From Zygnema circumcarinatum SAG 698-1b (Eukaryota > Plantae > Zygnematophyceae), in the NCBI GenBank assembly GCA_037447605.1, contig CM074823.1:806001-870000 (forward strand): a stretch of DNA of 64,000 nucleotides, written 5' to 3'. Made by a program: the position numbers and the translations under genes. The stretch's first letter is position 1, and every line of letters starts with the position of its first letter. Of this stretch, positions 58,362 through 64,000 are shown piece by piece. Under the pieces are notes generated by a model. The model was not told the origin of the DNA and did no database searches. It was given only the letters and a program-made list of their open reading frames with translations.

Positions 58362-59219
58362 TCTCTCTCTCCCCCTCTCCCTTCCCCCCCCCTACCCTCT
58401 TATCGCTCTATTCTTCTCTCGCTTCTACCATATTCTTCAAAGAAGCGAAAGGGCTCGCTTCCCAGTATTTAGGGTTGAGGGTCACCAAAATAGCATGGGA
58501 GTGGTCCTCTTGGGCTAAGGACATGGAATGGCTCCCTTCCGAGTTCTTAGGGTTCAGGGCCCCTTTTAGGACTTCGCAATGTTGGGGTCCTTTGGGGTTC
58601 AGGAGTTTGGGGGATTTGGAATAAGGTAGGAATTGAAAAAAGCAAAATGAACCCTCCCTGGTCGCCATTTGGGAATGTTAGTTTTTGAATATGAAGGATT
58701 TAGGGTTTGTGGGTCATGTGAGAGCTCATATTTTGAGAGCTTATTTGTACAGGCGGCTTTGCTCAAAGTGAGCTGCACCATCCGTACATTGTGAAGCCCA
58801 GAGGAGGGAATAATGTAAAGCTAATGATGTAGGGAAAAGTGTCCCCACTTCTACCATGTTTTTGTTTTCCAAATTTGTGAATTTTGTTTTTATGAGCACA
58901 TATGGACAAGTGGAGTTCGACAGCGGATGGAAACATGAGTCGGAAATGTGGGCGTGGGGAGGAGACTAAGAGAGAGATGGTTGTGTGTGTGAGATAGAGA
59001 GAGGGAGGCAGATGGAGGGAGAGGGAGAGGGAGAGGGACAGAGTGGGGAGAGAGGGAGAGGGAAGCCATTGCGGAAAAGAATATAAGACGATGTCATATT
59101 GGAGGGTTATTAGTGTGAAACCTTTTAACTCTTTTAACTCTTTGAACTCTTTTAGTGTGAAAGACCTAATGGCCCTCACATCCCTAAGAACCCCAAAACC
59201 CCGAAAAACCCTAAAAATA

Positions 59220-59756
59220 GGGCGGGTCAGACATTGCCCATGGCCGAATCAATTTAGTAAGCCTGTCGGGCGAATTAAGCATTGGCTAGGTACGCATTTC
59301 GGTACGGCTGGGTACAGCGGAGCTGCGGATCCCGAGCCGGAATTCGTACACGAAAATTTGACTTTTAGTATACTAAATTCCGAATTAAGTATTGGCTAGG
59401 TACGCATTTCGGTACGGTTGGGTTCGGTGGGAGTCGCGTATCCCGACCCAGAACTCGTACACGAAACTTTGACTTTTAGTGTTCTAAATTTCGAATTAAG
59501 CATTGGCTAGGTACGCATTTCGGTACGGCTGGGTTCAGCGGAGTCGCGGACCCCGACTCGGAATTCGTACACGAAACTTTGACTTTTACTGTACTAAATT
59601 TCCAACTAAGCATTGGCTAGGTACGCATTTCGGTACGGCTGAGTTCGGCGGATCCGCGGATCCCGACCCGGAATTCGTACACAAAACTTTGACTTTAAGT
59701 ATACTGTACTTAATTCGGGAATCTAGTACTCTCCGGGCTAAGTCTGACCCCCCCCC
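59220..59756 (+). mobile_element. Non-autonomous TIR element with four tandem 110-111-bp internal units
   Basis: Termini GGGCGGGTCAGAC and GTCTGACCCCCC, with ATA on both flanks. The unit start attggctaggtacgcatttcggtacgg is at 59281, 59391, 59502 and 59612. Confidence 0.75.
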
Positions 59757-59995
59757 ATATTAATTTGACTGTATTCAGAGGGTGTAGTGAGATGGGTTGG
59801 TTCCAGTCAGGAAAATTGCCGATGGGAAGAAAAGCATAGTGCAAACAGTATTTAGCAGAGTGGCATTGCTGAAGCCTTTCAGTATTCATTCTCAGAAAAC
59901 AAGGAGTTTTGGCCGGTGGGCTTTCTCCACACAGTTTTGCATTTCTCATAGCGCATTTGTCTTGAGCATCCCCTTCGTGAACTGCTGCATTGAAA

Positions 59996-61147
59996 ATGTC
60001 CGACACAGGTGAAACTGAAACTGGTGGAAAAGACACAGCAAGTGAGAGATCCTCATGGGAGGAATCTCCACCAAGGCCGCCCACATTTCTTTTCCCCTTT
60101 GGACCCCTTCTTGCGGACGAGAGCGGCAGCGGCGGCCATGGCCATGGCCACCCCTACTCATGGCCGCCGGCAGTAAAGGACGCCTTTCGCTCCATTTCTG
60201 GGGGGCCCTCCACGAGTCATGTCAATAGCGGAGAGACGCTGGCAGATGCAATCATAGACATTCGGCGGCAGCTATCTTTGAGGGATGGCAACCCACTCAC
60301 CGTTGGCCTGCGGCGTTTCTTCGAGGAGGTAAGCATGGCTGGAGGGTTTATTTGGTTTGATGCGGCACCATCTTAGCTGATGATATTGGGAATGTCTATG
60401 TGGGCCACTTACTTATTGACACTTTACATTCGCAGAGCGATTCCTTGGAAGGCTCATGAAGAGGTCAAAGTCAAACTCAAAGTTACTAACACATCACACT
60501 TTGGATGTGATGTACTAAGGAGCCAAGAAGCCATTTTGATTACCATTAGGAGTGATTTATCAAAGTATTCAATTGCTGCTGAAAATATAAGACCCTTCAG
60601 TTTTAGGCGAGGATATCATCATTTGCTCCGCATGCTTTGCGGTTTTAAACATGTTGATGAAGGTAGCTTGCGCAATGAACCCATTACTTTCATCCGTTGT
60701 TTCCTCCGTCGTTCACAATTAATCCTGTCAACCCTTCCTTGACCTTCTTTTTCTTTCCATTGCATTAAAAAGTTCAAAAAACTGAAAAAAATGACTGAGT
60801 GATCTCAAACAACTGATGCCAAATGCATTAAATGCCTTGCGTCTTTGCCCTTCCGTAAACAGCTTTCTAGTGAAGGTCAGACTCGGCGGGGTTTGATGCC
60901 ATGACCCAAATCCTTGCAGGTGTTGGAGGAGAGCAAGAAAACGGAGTTCTTTTGTAGCACATTGCCATTCATGGCTTCTTTGGCATTACGACTGCCCGAG
61001 CTTCTCATGTCGCAAGCGGATGAGGCTGCCCATGCATGCATGCATGCATGCAGCGAATCAGGGAACAGTAATCACAGCCGCAGCCCTCCCCAAATGCGGC
61101 TGCAGATTCTCCACGAACAGCACCCAGGACTCGTTCTTATATCTCAG
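59996..61147 (+). CDS. PARG: Poly(ADP-ribose) glycohydrolase, first two exons; remainder lost in a gap
   Basis: Exons 59996-60328 and 60920-61147 give YSWPPAVKDAFRSISGGPSTSHVNSGETLADAIIDIRRQL...FFCSTLPFMASLALRLPELL...LQILHEQHPGLVLISQ, matching the N-terminus of plant PARG1 as I recall it. Confidence 0.85.
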
Positions 61148-61729
61148 GTGACTCCATGAACCNNNNNNNNNNNNNNNNNNNNNNNNNNNNNNNNNNNNNN
61201 NNNNNNNNNNNNNNNNNNNNNNNNNNNNNNNNNNNNNNNNNNNNNNNNNNNNNNNNNNNNNNTAAACAGAGATTTACGAGCCCAGTTTCATAAAATTTAA
61301 AATGTATGAAGTTAAAGAAGAAGGTTGCGGAGCAGCGTGCTTCTTTCTGCTTTCTTTCGATTGAAAACTTTGATTTTGATTTCTTTTTAAAAGAATTTTT
61401 TTTAAGTAAGCTGTGTTATAGCTGTGAATTGAAGGGAGACGAAAGATAGGAGGGAGAGAAAGTGAGGACGAAAGAGAGAGAGGGCGGAGTGAGAGAAAGA
61501 GAGAGGGAGAAACAGAGAGTGGGGGGAGGAACGAGTGGAAGAGCGAGGACGAAAGAGAGAGTGAGGGAGGAGAGCGGACAAAGAGAGAGGGAGATGGGGG
61601 AGCAGCTAGAGAAAAAGAGTGGGAGAAAGAGAGAGAGTGGGGGAAGGAGAGTCAGAAAGAGAGAGAGGAGAAAGAGAGAGGGAGGATGCAAGAGAGGGAG
61701 AAGAAGGGGAGGGGAGAGAGAGCACTCAC

Positions 61730-62418
61730 AGGACGGTGAGATTCGTAAACTGACCGAGTTCTGCGGGCAGCTCTGGAATCACGAGACCCACATTGCTCAA
61801 TGTCCTGCAAAGGAAAGACAGGAAACAAAAGTTCAAAAAAAAAAAAAAAAAAAAAAAAAAAAANNNNNNNNNNAAAAAAAAAAAAAAAAAAACTTCAAGT
61901 AAACCCAAAAACCTTAAAACGTGACGTGACCTTCGTGACGTGACGTGACGTGACGTGACGTGACAGGACGGCAAGGACGAAGACTGCGCCTTCTGGAACA
62001 CATTTTTATTATTTCCTCCTTTAATTTTCTAGTGTAATTTAAAATCGGAAAATGGGCTGAAAAAAAAAAGTCCGACTGCATTACTGTGATGGAAATTTAC
62101 TGAAAAGTTTTTGACCGTACAATTCAGAGACCGTTTTGACGCCGTCTCCGTCCCAGTCGACGCATGTAACGCCCCTCCAGTTAGAGCCACATGGATCGTT
62201 GCCGTGCCACGTGGCAAGAGGCGATTGGTCGCTAGCGGCCGCTTTTAACGCCTTTAGAACCGCAACTGATGCGAAAATTCGGAAAATTGGAGACAAAATC
62301 GAATGTGTCAATTTGGCGAAAACGAAAGCTGGGTCAATTTGGGACGGAAGGAAATTGAAAGGGAGGGAGAGAGAGAGAGGGAGAGGGAGATTGATTACAG
62401 GAAGGCCAATCTCTCTCA

Positions 62419-62456
<38 letters not shown>

Positions 62457-62459
62457 ATT

Positions 62460-62509
<50 letters not shown>

Positions 62510-62783
62510 CCTTCTGTTTCGATATGCACTTAACTCCTCAATTTCTTCATCTATTTCCTTTAATTGATTGATTAAATAATTCCCATTTTCTATGCAGTCC
62601 CAAAAAGGAAAGAAAAATTGCGATCGACTTACGATCGACGAGGTCAGTCACTGCGTCGACTCGCAATATGGGAGCGAGGAAAAGGACAAAAAGAGACAGC
62701 GGAAGGTTCCAGGAAAGCGCCCTCGCCCTCTCCCTCGAAGTGATGTCGGTGGCGTCGGCGACATCACTTTGCGGATGATGCAT
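61730..62783 (-). CDS. LRR receptor-like kinase or protein, N-terminal exons (signal peptide, LRRNT cap, first LRR)
   Basis: Exons 62783-62633 (LPLSLFVLFLAPILRVDAVTDLVD), 62265-62121 (LAVLKALK...LATWHGNDPCGSNWRGVTC) and 61804-61730 (TLSNVGLVIPELPAELGQFTNLTVL, 75 bp, phase 2/2). A probable 5'-UTR exon lies near 63310-63365. Confidence 0.85.
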
Positions 62784-64000
62784 GGTGCGGCTACATCATG
62801 GTCGAAAACTGGAATTAGGACTAAGTGCTGAGCAGGAGGTGAGGGAGCGGGAGAAAGAGAGGAGGGGGAGAAGATGGGGAGGGAGGGAGAAGGGAGGGAT
62901 AAGGGAGGGAGAGCTGGAGAAGTGGTAGAGAAAGGAGGGAGACGAATTGGTGGGCATATGGAGGAAGGAGGGGGGGGGGAGGGGGAGGGGTAGAGAGGCA
63001 GAGAGAGAGAGAGAGAGGCAGGGGGGGGGGAACACATGAGATAGAGCGAGAACAAAGGGAGAGGATAGGCGAGATGGAGAGAAAGAGAGAGTTGAGAACG
63101 CTTGAGGAAAAGCAGTGAGAGAGGGAGAGAGAGAGAGGGAGAGAGAGCGAGGAAATCAGGTAGAGAAGCAAAGGGGAGAGGGGAGGGAGGTGAGGAAAGA
63201 TTTTGTGAGATGGAAATCGAGGAGAGAGAGAGAGAGAGAGAGTGAGAGTTGGGGAGAGAAAAAGTACTTAAAAATTTGGTTCAAGGAGAAAGGAGACGAA
63301 TGAAACGTACTGTGTGCAGTGCAGCGCTTGAACTTGAGCGATTCGGTGAAGCTTATTCCTCGCCCTTACAGCGGAAATGGAAAAGAGAGAGAGAGAGATA
63401 GATTGAGGGAAGGAAGATAGTGAAGGGAATTTGATAGCGCCTATAAGTGCTGCTAAGGGAGGACCGTGGGTGAGGGAGGGAGGAGCGGGGGAGGGAGGGA
63501 GGGAGGCAGGGAGGGAGGGAGGGAGGGAGGGAGGGAGGGAGAAGAGAGGGAGGCAGGAATGGAGGGAGGGAGGCACAGAACGAGGAGGGGAGAGAGGGAG
63601 AGGGAGGGAGGCAGGAAGGTAGGGAAGGAGGCAGAGAGAGAGGGGGAAGAGGGAGAGAGAAAGGAAGGAATGGAGGGAGGGAGGGAGGTAGAGAGAGAGG
63701 GGGGAGAGAGGGAGAGTGAGGGAGACAGGAATGGAGGGAGGGAGGAATGGAGGGAGGGAGGAAAAGAGAGGGGGGAGAAAGGGAGAGAGTGGGAGGCAGG
63801 AATGGACGGAGGAAGGCAGGGAGGCAGGGAGAGAGGGGGGAGAGAGGGAGCGAGAGGGAGGCAGGAATGGAGGGAGGGAGGCAGAAAGAGAGGGGGAAGA
63901 GAGGGAGCGGGAGGGAGGCAGGAATGGAGGGAGGGAGACAGAGAGAGAGGGGGGAGAGAGGAAGCGAGAGGGAGGCAGGAATGGAGGAAGGGGGACAGTG

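Noticed and set aside
59273-59715. Regularly spaced repeats that superficially resemble a CRISPR array
   Set aside because: The whole 110-bp unit repeats, so there are no unique spacers. There are no cas genes and the context is eukaryotic.
56140-59756. Autonomous Harbinger transposon formed by the ORF plus the nearby TIR element
   Set aside because: The catalytic residues are degenerate, the TIR element is self-contained downstream, and no upstream TIR or Myb/SANT ORF was seen.
61031-61052. (CATG)n run inside PARG exon 2 as an RY element
   Set aside because: It lies in frame in a variable linker (HACMHAC), so a coding microsatellite is the simpler explanation.

Overview
Eukaryotic, plant-lineage genomic DNA. 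Land-plant-like genes with introns full of CT/GA microsatellites suggest a streptophyte alga or early land plant (inference). It is a scaffold with several N-gaps. In order: the 3' part of exocyst SEC3 (+, 678-9520); a tandem array of five NYN(PIN-like)+OST-HTH/LOTUS endoribonuclease (MARF1/Limkain-b1-like) copies (about 10.7-29.2 kb), all with apparent lesions and invaded by a solo LTR (5-bp TSD) and a CRE-like non-LTR retrotransposon; TA-targeting MITEs, one with a matching empty site in the window; two tandem coiled-coil paralogues (-); an intronless, frameshifted F-box gene (-) divergent from NudC/BOBBER (+); the 3' half of a receptor-like kinase (+); an intronless Harbinger-derived ALP1-like gene with a degenerate DDE triad; the 5' part of PARG (+); and the 5' part of an LRR receptor-like gene (-). 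Most long ORFs in the supplied track are translated microsatellites. No rRNA, tRNA or CRISPR is seen. Family assignments rest on remembered motifs, not database searches.
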